64,000 bases of DNA from the NCBI RefSeq assembly GCF_006345805.1, contig NC_043024.1, positions 3,844,001-3,908,000 of the forward strand, read 5' to 3'. Positions 24,920 to 36,229 of the stretch are shown here, piece by piece (the first letter of the stretch is position 1; each line of letters opens with the position of its first letter). The stretch comes from Octopus sinensis. Lineage: Eukaryota. A program made the translations under genes and the position numbers. The notes below the pieces were generated by a model that searched no databases, was not told the DNA's origin, and worked only from the letters and a program-made list of their open reading frames with translations.

Positions 24920-25120
24920 CAGTGCTTTTCAACCTTTTTGCTGAAGCGGAACCCCAAGGAAACATTCCACTGGCTCGAGGAACCCCTGTGCAATAATTTA
25001 ATAGTCTTATGCACACATATCTGCACAGGAGAATTAAAAATTACTGCCGATTTTAGCAGTTTTGTAACTTCTTGCGGAATCCCTGGACTGTACAGGCGGA
25101 ACCCTGGTTGAAAACCACTG
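24920..25120. mobile_element. hAT (Charlie-like) MITE, 201 bp
   Basis: TIR CAGTGCTTTTCAACC / GGTTGAAAACCACTG and perfect 8-bp TSD ATCTAGAT (24912-24919, 25121-25128). Confidence 0.93.
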
Positions 25121-25149
25121 ATCTAGATGCATTTGGTAGACTCGCTACC

Positions 25150-25752
25150 TAATGCAGATTGGTGAATGCAATCGTCTTCCCAATAGCAACATATGGATGC
25201 GAGACCTGGACACTAAAGAAAGCTGACCAGAAGAGAATTAATGCATTCGAGCTTTGGTGTTGGAGAAGACTTTTGCGGATTCCATGGACAGCGAGGCTCA
25301 CCAATGGAGAAGTTCTTAAGCAGATCAGGCCGAAAATGTCGCTAGAAGCTACGATCACCAAACGTAGATTGACATATTTCGGTCATATTATGCGGAGAAA
25401 ATCCCTGGAGAAGGACATCATGCTCGGAATGGTCAGTGGCAAGAGAGGAAGAGGCCGATCAATGGAGAAGTTCTTAAGCAGATAAGGCCGAAAATGTCGC
25501 TAGAAGCTGGGATCACCAAGCATAGATTGGCATATTTCGGTCATATTATGTCGGAGAGAATCCCTGGAGAAGGACATCATGCTCGAATGGTCAGTGGCAA
25601 GAGAGAGAGGCCGACCAAGAACCCGCTGGCTCGACACCATCAAGAGTGATACTGGAATGGACATGGCCAGTCTAAAGGAAGCGGCCCAGGATAGAACTGA
25701 CTGGAGGACACTGATCCAACGAGTAACCGAGAATCGACTTCGACTGAGCGGA
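25150..25752 (+). mobile_element. 5'-truncated RTE (BovB-like) LINE 3' end with an internal 158-bp tandem duplication and a (GATA)n tail
   Basis: LVNAIVFPIATYGCETWTLKKADQKRINAFELWCWRRLLRIPWTAR...YFGHIMRR.SLEKDIMLG...RGR. Confidence 0.92.
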
Positions 25753-25791
25753 TAGATAGATAGATAGATAGATAGATATAGATTAGATAGA

Positions 25792-25872
<81 letters not shown>

Positions 25873-26109
25873 GCATATAATACTTTCAGATGGAGAGCGT
25901 CATAAAAGTTAATCGCCACATCAAAATGACTGTTCCATGTTATTTAATAGTTTAACCCCAGGCAGATCTTCCGCCTGCTGGTTATCGGTGCAGCACTGGA
26001 CAACAGGATCGCGAGACTGACTCAGTTTCGAGACTGGTTAACACCTGATCGCCAGAGCGACGGCCAGAGTTCGCTCCGGCCAGCAATGTATTGTAAACAA
26101 AGCGAACAT

Positions 26110-26544
26110 AGGCGCAGGAGTGGCTGTGTGGTAAGTAGCTTGTTTACCAACCACATAGTTCCGGGTTCAGTCCCACTGCGTGGCACCTTGGGCAAGTGTC
26201 TTCTACTATAGCCTCGGGCCGACCAAAGCCTTGTGAGTGGATTTGGTAGACGGAAACTGAAAGAAGCCCGTCGTATATATATGTATATGCATATATATAT
26301 ATATATGTATATGTATATATATGCGTGTGTGTATTTGTGTGTCTGTTTGTCCCTCTAGCATTGCTTGACAACCGATGCTGGTGTGTTTATGTCCCCGTTA
26401 CTTAGCGGTTCGGCAAATGAGACCGATAGAATAAGTACTGGGCTTACAAAAGAATAAGTCCCGGGGTCGATTTGCTCGATTAAAGGCGGTGCTCCAGCAT
26501 GGCCCCGCAGTCAAATGACTGAAACAAGTAAAAGAGTAAAAGAG
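26110..26544 (+). mobile_element. Full-length SINE family A
   Basis: Complete head-to-tail copy with A/B boxes. Confidence 0.88.
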
Positions 26545-26934
26545 TATACTTTCGCAGTGATATAAAGCTTTCCTTTCATAAGTCCCAAACTATTCTGGTG
26601 GTTGAAAAACAAAATATTAGGAACGTGTATTACATGAACGCCAGGGAAATATGAACGCCCGGGAAATATGTCCTTCGTATTACATGAGATATTCAGAACG
26701 GGCAGCAGGTTATGGAGCGAATACATTTTGACATGAACGTGGCATTTGCCCTTGTTACTAAATCTAGACGTATGGGTGTGCAGGATGTATCTAGTTTTTT
26801 AAGTTCCCTCGGTTAGCCCGATGTACGTCTTTACTGCACAGTTTTAATCACTCAAAATCTACTCTGCACAATTTTTCTTTTTTCTTTCTTTCTTTTCCTC
26901 CTTCCTTTTTCTTTCATTTGTTTTCTATTATATA

Positions 26935-27440
26935 CTAGCAGTATCGCCCGGCGTTGCTCGGGTTTGTAAGGGAAATAACTATATAAGCATTTTTAGAGAG
27001 TTATAGCCAAAAAATAGCAAAAAAATGCATTAAAGATGGAAAAAAAATTATGGTAAATTTTTTTTTTAAATCGTTGACTCATCGTAGACATTTTTAGAGA
27101 GTTACTTCCCTTATATAATAGCGGAAAAATGCATTAAAATGGAAAAAAATTATGGTAATTTTTTTTTAAATCGTAGACTCATCGTAGACATGTTTAGAGA
27201 GTTACTTCCCTTATATAATAGCGGAAAAAATGCATTAAAATGGAAAAAAATTATGATGAATTTTTTTTTTAAATCGTAGACTCATCGTAGACGCGCGCTA
27301 ATACCCAGAAGGGCTCGATATGAATCACGACTATAAGATACCCGGTTTTGGTTAAACTGCACCGCAAAATGTGGGAGTAGTTAGGAATCTAAATCATTGG
27401 GAGACAGACAGACACTCAACTTCACTTTTATATATAAAGA
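26935..27440 (-). mobile_element. Non-autonomous Helitron, 506 bp, with internal tandem subrepeats of about 95 bp
   Basis: Minus strand A|TC...CCCGAGCAACGCCGGG-CGATACTG-CTAG|T; hairpin shared with the large Helitron 3' end. Confidence 0.88.
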
Positions 27441-27499
27441 TATATTTATTTATTTATTTATTTATTTATCTATATTTGTAGATATTTTCTATCGAGCGG

Positions 27500-27960
27500 A
27501 CACCCCAACTGCTTCCATCTCTCCAGCTTCATTCAATCGGGTTGTTTTGTATGGTGATTTTTTTTTTATAGATTTTTCTTATGGTTAGAGATTTGCAAGC
27601 TACTGTTTCCTATACAAATGCAGCTGTCCTTTTGTGAGTTTCTGCTGGAAATTTTCTGTTATCTTTGTGCAGTGGAGAAGTGAATAATAACCAGTGTTAA
27701 AAACGTCCTACCAACATTTGCTGATACATTTAAAATAGGATTAGGATTATACCAGATTAAGTTTCTATTTCAACGCTTGGCATTGTTTCATGTGGATTGT
27801 CCTATGATTTCAGCTTGTCGCTAAAACCATTTAAGGCTAGCGCTCCATTGTAGCGTGGGACAGCTTTGTTAAATATTTCTCTGTACGTCTGCTAATGTTT
27901 TCTATAATATATTGCTAGATTGTGGGTGGCTGGTTGGATCGATTATTTCTCTATATTGTC
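27500..27960 (-). mobile_element. Degenerate Penelope-like element ORF fragment (RT thumb/linker region)
   Basis: Minus-strand translation gives EIFNKAVPRYNGALALNGFSDKLK and RNLIWYNP..NVSANVGRTFLTLV..HF, like the PLE consensus RxIIWFNPPF..NV.TN.G..FL.L...HF; stops and frameshifts present. Confidence 0.7.
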
Positions 27961-28341
27961 CCTTCGTTGCGTTTGCGGTGGGGCAGTAAATTAGACGTGG
28001 ATTACCGCCTATGGCGTGGCACTCACGTGACCTACGTTAACCAATGAAACAGTAGAGTCCCGGCAATAACTTCCATCAGAATATCGCTTTCGTTACAAAC
28101 CAACAATGTCCATTTCATAATCGAAGCATAAGATTTTTCGTGAGACTGACAGTAGTGACATACGGTGTCAGCCGAATGAATAGAGTTATACTCTACACAC
28201 CGTATTGAGTACTTTTATTCTGATCCTTACAAACAATGTATATTATGTGTACGCGTGTATGGTTATATGTGTTTTTTTATATATATATATGTATTTAAAT
28301 ACGAACATTTTATATATGTAGATATATATATACATATACAT

Positions 28342-28374
<33 letters not shown>

Positions 28375-28412
28375 CTACACATAGGAAAGTATATGTATAT
28401 ATATATATATAT

Positions 28413-28546
28413 ATTTATTATATAGAAGGAGCTTCTACAACAGGCTAGAACTGTTTCATTCAAGAGAAATCTTCAGGAAGCTTCCTGAAGATTTCTCTTG
28501 AATGAAACAGTTCTAGTCCTGTAGAAGCTCCTTCTATATAATAAAT
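28413..28546. repeat. Near-perfect 134-bp palindrome centred on AAGCTT (28478-28483) made of two back-to-back hammerhead units
   Basis: The arms differ only by a small indel (CAACAGG vs CAGGA); the flanking 70 bp is shared with 18005-18081. Confidence 0.9.
28479..28529 (+). ncRNA. Type I hammerhead ribozyme motif (mirror copy on the minus strand at about 28430-28482)
   Basis: AGCTTC-CTGAAGA-TTTC-TCTT-GAAT-GAAA-CAG-TTCTAGTC-CTGT-A-GAAGCT. Confidence 0.7.
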
Positions 28547-28824
28547 TAATTTTACTCTGCTATGTATTGAGTACCTTATTTACTGTGGTTAACCCCGAAT
28601 CAACCCGGGACCTACATATATATATATATATATATATAATATCTATATATATATAATATATATATATATATATACACTGTATATAATGTATATATATATA
28701 CATAATCATACATATATATATTAATATATATATATACGCACATACATACACACACACAGACTCACACACACCCACACACACACACACACCACACCCACAC
28801 ATAATAATATTATATATATATGTA

Positions 28825-28855
<31 letters not shown>

Positions 28856-28921
28856 GTTCGTACATACATACATATGTATTTATATATATATATATGTGTG
28901 TATATACATATAATATATTAT

Positions 28922-28966
<45 letters not shown>

Positions 28967-29135
28967 CATATATATATATATGCATGCGTGTGTATAATCA
29001 AGGTGTGTGTGTGCATAATATACATATACATATATATCTATATATCTATATATATACAACACATACATATGTATATATACATATATATATACATATATAT
29101 ACACATACATATACATGTATATTTAATATACATAC

Positions 29136-29186
<51 letters not shown>

Positions 29187-29414
29187 TATATATATAATAT
29201 ACACACATGTACATGAATGTATGTATGCATGCATGCAGTATGTATGTATGTTGTATGTATGTATGTATGTATGTGTATATGGACACAATGTGGTAAGGAA
29301 CCAGAAATAATCAACGTATATAATAAATCAATGAGATGAATAGATTTAATTTGGCTAATGGAGCTGTTTTATATATGTATATACATATATACCTAGGTGT
29401 ATATATCAGGGTAT

Positions 29415-29550
29415 AGGTGGTGGCGGGTGGGAGCTAAGTGTAGTGGGGGAGAGGTCGTAGGTGGTGGAGTAGGGGCAGTGGTGACGGTGAGCGTAGTGGT
29501 TAATGGTGGTTATGGTGGTGGTAGTGGTGGTGGTAGACGATGTCGTCGTT

Positions 29551-29588
<38 letters not shown>

Positions 29589-30975
29589 GGTGGTGGTGGT
29601 CTTATTTGTGTGCATTGGTAAAGCGTTGTGGTGACAGTGTTGGTGGTGGTGGTCATGCGGAAGCCCTTGGTGGTTAAGGTGGTGGTAGGGTGATAATGGT
29701 GGTGGTGGTGGTGCTGGTGCTGGTGGTGCTGGTAGTTGTGGCGGTGTTGGTTGTGGTGGTGGTGATAATGGTGGTAGTGGTGATGATGGTGGTGATGGCT
29801 GTGATGGTGGTGGTGGTGGTGGTGGTGGTGGTGGTGATGGTGGTGGTGTTGTTGGTGGTGGCGGTGGTGGTTGTGAAGGTGGTAGTGGTTTTGGTGATGT
29901 GGTGGTTGTTGTAGTAGTGGTGGTAGTACTGGTGGTAGTGGTTGTGGTTGTGGTGGCGGTTTCTCTTATGGTAAAAAGGTGTAAAACACCATTTCTCTTC
30001 CATGTCGCCATCTGTCAGGATTCCCAGACATCGATGTCTCAAGCTCCTTAGCTTTTATCAATGGGAAATACCTAAGAGTGACAACTCTGAACAAGCCTTA
30101 TAAAGCTATAGCTTCGTCAAAAATACAGAGAACTACATTGACTGACTTGAAAGATGTTACAAACATGTTTTAACTAACCTAAAATTATTTCTGAAATCTT
30201 CTTTGAAAAGTCCGATGTCAGTTTAGCGGGAAAGAAAACAATGTAGCTATTATGAAGAAGGTTTGAAATTAATGCATGCAAGATTTCACAGCTCCTGCAT
30301 TACTCCCCAGTGTTAAATTGGTACTTAATTTATTGAACTCGAAAGGATGAACGCAAAAGTCGACCTCGGCGGAATTTGAACTCAGAACTCAGAACATACA
30401 TACATACACACATACATACACACATACATACATGCATGCATACATACATACATACATACATACATACATACATACATACGTACGTACGTACGTGTGTGTG
30501 GGGTATGTGTGGTTTAGTATTGTGTCAGGGTGCCTGGCCTGGGTAGGACGGTGGTTGTTGTAGAGTCTGCGGTGGTTGTTGTAGAGGTAGGGTGGACAGG
30601 AGACTCGGGCGGCGGCTGGAGGTGGTGGCTGGCAATGATGGACGCATTCGCGACGGGGATGGGGATAGGGGCGGCGGGTGATTACTCGGGTGGTGACTGA
30701 GACCCCGTTGCTGATAGTGGAGGCGAAATTAGAAGCGGTGGCGGTGGCGGTGGCGGTGGTGGTGGTATGGTGGTGGTGGTGGTGGTGGTGGTTACAACGG
30801 TGGTGGTGCTAGTGCTGGTGGTAATTGAGTGGTGCTGGTGCTGGTGCTGCTGCTGGTGGTGGGTATAGTGGTGGTAGTGGTGGCGATGATGGTGATGATG
30901 ATGGTGGTGGTAGTGGTGGTGGTGGTGGTGGTGGTGGTGGCGGCGGCAGCGGTGGTGGTGTTGATGGTGGTTGTG
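29415..30975. repeat. G-rich (GGT/GTA/GCT)n cryptic trinucleotide tracts (29415-29960 and 30540-30975)
   Basis: Low-complexity runs giving the poly-P/T/H/V ORFs. Confidence 0.9.
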
Positions 30976-31283
30976 TAACAATAAATAAATTTGGCTTAAA
31001 TTAATGACTAAATACCTCCATTAATAATTACACAAGAGATGATTGATGATGGCGACAGCATTGTTCCTTTCTCTCCTGCTCTTTCTTCTTCTTCTTCTTC
31101 TTCTTCTTCTTCTTCTTCTTCTTCTTCTTCTTCTTCGTCTCCATCACGATCACCACTATCGCCAGCATCATCATCATTGTCGTCGTTGCCATCATCATCA
31201 CCATCGCTTTCACCATTATCATCATCATCATCATCATCATCATCCTCATCATCATCTTCTCCTTTTTGTTCCTTCTTCTCATT

Positions 31284-31325
<42 letters not shown>

Positions 31326-31908
31326 GTCTTAATCCGTCTCCGAGCCTGATTGATTATTGGAAAAGCGATTTGCAATCATTGAACACCGCACCGAAACAAA
31401 GACACATGCATACACACTTTCTCTCTCTCTATCTCCCCCTCTCTCACCCTTTCCGTCTCCCTCTTTCTCTCTCTCTCTCTCTCTTCTGTGTATATATGTG
31501 TGTTTGTTGAAAATAATTGTTGACATAAGGAATATTTTTTTTTGTGTTTACAAGATTTAATTCCCATTATTCATAATACATGGATAGGTATATATTGATG
31601 GATATAGACATGTATGTATACACATTACATAATAATAGACATAATATACATAATAATATACATAAATATATACATGTAACATATATCACACACACATACA
31701 TACACTCACATATATATACATACTGTATGTATACATTTGCATATACATACAATATGTATAATGTGTGTATTCATGTATGTATATATTTGTGTGTGTGTAT
31801 ATATATATATATAGTTAATCCAAACAAGAAAACACAAAAAAACACAACGCGAGGACGTGGAACAAATATAGTATTATTGGACGCTCAGGAAGGAAGGAAA
31901 GAAGGAGG

Positions 31909-31943
31909 GTTTAACGTTTCGAGCGGAGCTCTTCTTCGGAAAC
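31909..31943 (-). ncRNA. Minimal (35-nt) type I hammerhead motif with a CCGAAGA core
   Basis: GTTT-CCGAAGA-A-GAGC-TCC-GCTC-GAAA-C-GT-T-AAAC; perfect stems I and II, palindromic ACGT stem III. Confidence 0.6.
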
Positions 31944-32672
31944 ATAGGAGAAGGAAAAATCCAGAGAAGGGAAGACAGAGGGAAAAAAAATCGCCAACGG
32001 TACACACGCGGTCACATTTTGGTGCGTGTCTATGTATATGCATATACGCACACACATTACACGACTGGCTTAACCAGAGTCACAATGGCTTACTCCATCT
32101 ACCTATATGTACCCGGGTAAATGAATAAACCCCTCACACACACACACTTACGTACCTACTCTTCCCCAACCCAATACAACTATAACAGTAATGAGCCTTG
32201 GATCTAGGTTAGAAACCGATTCTTTCTCTATTGGCAAGAAATCGTGAAATAAGCTGAATAATGACATACATATACACACCCATATGTGTGTGGCTAAGTA
32301 TATGTGCATGTACTCTTTTACTTGTTTCAGTCATTTGACTGCGGCCATGCTGGAGCACCTCCTTTTAGTCGAGCAACTCAACCCCGGGACTTATTAATTC
32401 TGGGTTTGGCCGTAAAAGAAGCAATTATGAAAACAGAAACGAGGTGTCTTGTTATAGCAGTTCAAGATCAGGTTCTGCAAACAAAGAACTAAGGAAAATG
32501 TGTGCATGGAGTGGCTGTGTGGTAAGTAGCTTGCTTACCAACCACATGGTTCCGGGTTCAGTCCCACTGCGAGGCATCTTGGGCAAGTGTCTTCTGCTAT
32601 AGCCTTGGGCCAACCAAAGCCTTGTGAGTGGATTTGGTAGACGAAAACTGAGAGAAGCCCGTCGTATATATG

Positions 32673-32709
<37 letters not shown>

Positions 32710-32929
32710 TTGTGTGTCTGTGTTTGTTCCCCTAGCATTGCTTGACAACTGATGCTGGTGTGTTTATGTCCCCCGTCACTTAGCGGTTCGGCAAAAGAGA
32801 CCGATAGAATAAGTACTGGGCTTGCAAAAGAATAAGTCCCGAGGTCGAGTTGCTCGATTAAAGGCGGTGCTCCAGCATGGCCGCAGTCAAATCACTGAAA
32901 CAAGTAAAAGAGTAAGAGAGTAAAGAGTA

Positions 32930-33163
32930 TGAGGATAAGGTGTCAGCAAAATGTAATGTATGTGGAATTTGGGATGGAACAATGTCGCACATCGTTACAG
33001 AATGCGTTAAGTCGGCCGAGGGTTTAAGAAATAGAAGCATGATCAATTTGAGAAAGTATTACTCCGGAAGCTTTGTCAGAAATGGATGTTTGAAGCAGGA
33101 AGTACCACATAATCCACCACCGCTGCCGAGAACACTTTTCGTCGGCTACAGATGCTTCTGGGC
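32930..33163 (+). mobile_element. Degenerate R4/Dong-like non-LTR C-terminal CCHC fragment
   Basis: KCNVCGIWDGTMSHIVTECVK then, after a frameshift, HDQ..VL.RKLCQKW. Confidence 0.7.
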
Positions 33164-33175
33164 TATTAGCCCTTA

Positions 33176-33580
33176 TGTTTAAAAAAAAAAGATGGGTGAA
33201 TGTAGCAAGGATGGCACGTATGAATGACGAAGCCACCTTGAGCATAATCCTGTGAACCCGGAAATATTTAAAACAGAGTGTTACCTACTTGCAAAACAAA
33301 TGTGGTAACATGTAACATTATTGACCGAGGTTACCGTGGTCTTCTCCGTAGACTTTTCTTTCCACGGATAAACCTTATCTGCTTCCCCCTTTACACTTTA
33401 CATCATGACATTTCTGTGATACACGATCCCTATTGATCGTTTTTTTTTTCTTTTCTTTCCCTTTTACGATCCCTTTTGATCGAAAACCTTCCCCACATTT
33501 TTTTCTCTCCCCAGAAAGAAAAGCTCCACTTTGTAATCTGTCCCGTCTGTGTGCAGCCCTATGTGGCTAATAAAGAAACA
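33176..33580 (+). mobile_element. LINE-like 3' fragment flanked by a 12-bp target-site duplication
   Basis: TATTAGCCCTTA at 33164-33175 and 33581-33592; ends AATAAAGAAACA; homologous to 192-872. Confidence 0.7.
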
Positions 33581-33834
33581 TATTAGCCCTTAAGATGCTT
33601 TCTCGAGAAGAATATCGCAGTATTCATGGCTTTCTTACCGTATATCCACGTTTAGTTAGATGTGTAGATTACTATTTTTTTCCACTTGTTTAAAAATGCC
33701 AGGAAGCCCAGAATTTTTTGTAGAAGCCATGAAATAGAGGACCAATCAGTTCCTGGAGGAATGGGTCTAATTCGCTGTTTCCTTCCTCCAAAATGTTTGG
33801 TCTTTTATGGTCAGACAGACGTCATTAATGCCAT

Positions 33835-35004
33835 CCATCTTTTTTTCTTTCTCTTCACCTTCTTCAATATGGCTCTTTCTCTCTTTCCCCCACGCTCTCT
33901 CTTTTCTTTTCTCTCTCTCCTGCATTCTCTCCCTCCCCTCTAACTTTCTCTCTCTCTCTTTCTCTCTCTCTCCCTCTCTCATATATCTCTTTCACACTCA
34001 CTCTCTGTCTCTTTCTCTCTCTCTCTCATATATCCCTTTCTCACTCTATTTCTCTCTCTCTCTCTCTCTCTCTCTCATATCCCTTTTTCACTCTATTTCT
34101 CTCTCCCTGTCTCTTTCTACCTTCTCTCTCTCTCCCTCTCTCTACCATTTATCTGTCTCTCACACTCACTCTCTATCTCTTTCTCTCAACCTCTCTCTCC
34201 CTTTTTCTCCCTCTCTCATCCTCTCCCCCTCTCCCTCTCTCATCCTCTCCCCCTCTCCCTCCCTCATCTCTCCCACTTTCCCCCCCTCACTTTTCTCCGC
34301 CATCTCCACGTAATATCAAATAACGTTTTATATATTTAAATGATAAACGACATTACTTTTCTGTATTTAATTTCTTTATTTCCTTCTTGCCTTTATTCTT
34401 CCCTTCTTTTCCATTTCTTCCCTTCTTTTCCATTTCTTCCTCTCCTCTCCTTTCCTCTCCTTTCATCCTTATAAAATGTCTACTTTCTCAGTCTGCTGGT
34501 AACCTTTCTTCCCGCTCCCTGTCCCCAAATATCCGACAACAATTTTTCATCTTAAACCTTCTCCATCGAACCATATTGCTTAGTTGACTTTTTTTCATTC
34601 ATTAATTTCCTGTCAACGCATTCATCTCCCGTCAAAATTAACTCACAAATAATTGGTCTTCATTTATTTTAAACATCGACACACAATTCACTCTCAATAA
34701 CATCCACTCAACCAAAAAGCAGACGACACCTTATTGCTCTCTCTCTCTTTCTCGCTCTCTCTTTATCTATCTATCTATCTCTCACTTTTATTCTCTCTCA
34801 CTCTTACTCACTCTCTCTCACACTCACTCACTCACTCGCTCTCCCACCCGCCCTCTCTCTCTTTTTCTCTCCTATCTTTCTCCCTTTCTTGCTCCCTCCC
34901 CTTCCTTGTCTCTCTTTCTCCTCCCCTTCTTCATCCTCTGTCCCATTTCTTCCTCTATCTCACCTCTTCTCTCTCTGTCATTCTCCATCCTTTCTCTTTC
35001 TCTC

Positions 35005-35041
<37 letters not shown>

Positions 35042-35049
35042 CTCTACTA

Positions 35050-35092
<43 letters not shown>

Positions 35093-35129
35093 CTATCTAT
35101 CTATCTATCTCTCTCTCTCTCCTCTCCTC

Positions 35130-35130
<1 letters not shown>
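33835..35130. repeat. Long polypyrimidine (CT/TCTC/CTAT) tract
   Basis: About 1.3 kb dominated by C/T on the + strand. Confidence 0.9.
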
Positions 35131-35168
<38 letters not shown>

Positions 35169-35171
35169 TAT

Positions 35172-35208
<37 letters not shown>

Positions 35209-35212
35209 GATA

Positions 35213-35253
<41 letters not shown>

Positions 35254-35313
35254 AGTTAAAAAACTCGATAATAATGTTTGATATTTTACGATGTTCTATA
35301 ATATATATATATA

Positions 35314-35826
35314 CTAGCAGTATCGCCCGGCGTTGCTCGGGTTTGTAAGGGAAATAACTATATAAGCATTTTTAGAGAGTTACTTTCCTTATAGATGCCA
35401 ATTCGGGCTTTCTTAGCCATTTCTGTTTCGGTGTCTTCAAGCCACGAAGTCGTTGTTCTAAAAGAACGCTGGTCTCCTTGACAACGCATTACGACGTTGA
35501 TTTCCTTACACTCCCTTCCCCACAGGCTTCACGAGGGAGGGAAGAAGGGGGAGAAGCAAACAGGTGCAGGTGTGACCATGGACGCCAACTCCGCCGCCAT
35601 CGACACACGAAAAAATTATGCATTAAATGGAATAAAAAATGATGGTAAATTATTTTTAAATCGTAGACTCATCGTAGACGCGCGCTAATACTCAGACGGG
35701 CTCGATATGAATCACGACTATAAGATACCCGAATTTGGTTAAACTGCACCGCAAAATGTGGGAGTAGTTAGGAATCTAAATCGAAGGAGACAGACACTCA
35801 CACAACTACAGTTTTATATATATAGA
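35314..35826 (-). mobile_element. Non-autonomous Helitron, 513 bp, same family as 26935-27440 but with a different internal filler (about 35385-35605)
   Basis: A|TC start at 35826, hairpin plus CTAG|T end at 35314; the two ends match copy 1. Confidence 0.88.
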
Positions 35827-36229
35827 TATATAATATATTCATTGAAGAATTATCTCTTCAAAATTTAATACATTTATTTATTTTGGATAAATATCGCTAT
35901 AAGCGGTTTAAATATCGTCATTGTGACTCTGTGTGTGACTGTGTTTGTTAGGGTACGTTCCCGTAACTTAGCGGCTCGGTAGTTATAAAATATGTGCTGC
36001 AGGCGATTTCTTCGAATAATTTCCGAGGTGGTGCTCCAGCATGGCCCGAAAACGAGCAACGCATGGAACAAAAGATAAAATGAGATTCTCTGTGCGAAAA
36101 TATGTTCAAAGGGAAATTACTCTCTTAAGACATAGGAGATTATTTCCCTTGATTACTAAGATTGTTATGCGACCAATAATTTAATGTTATTGATACATCG
36201 TTAAATATCTTTTTCTATTCTAGGTGCAA

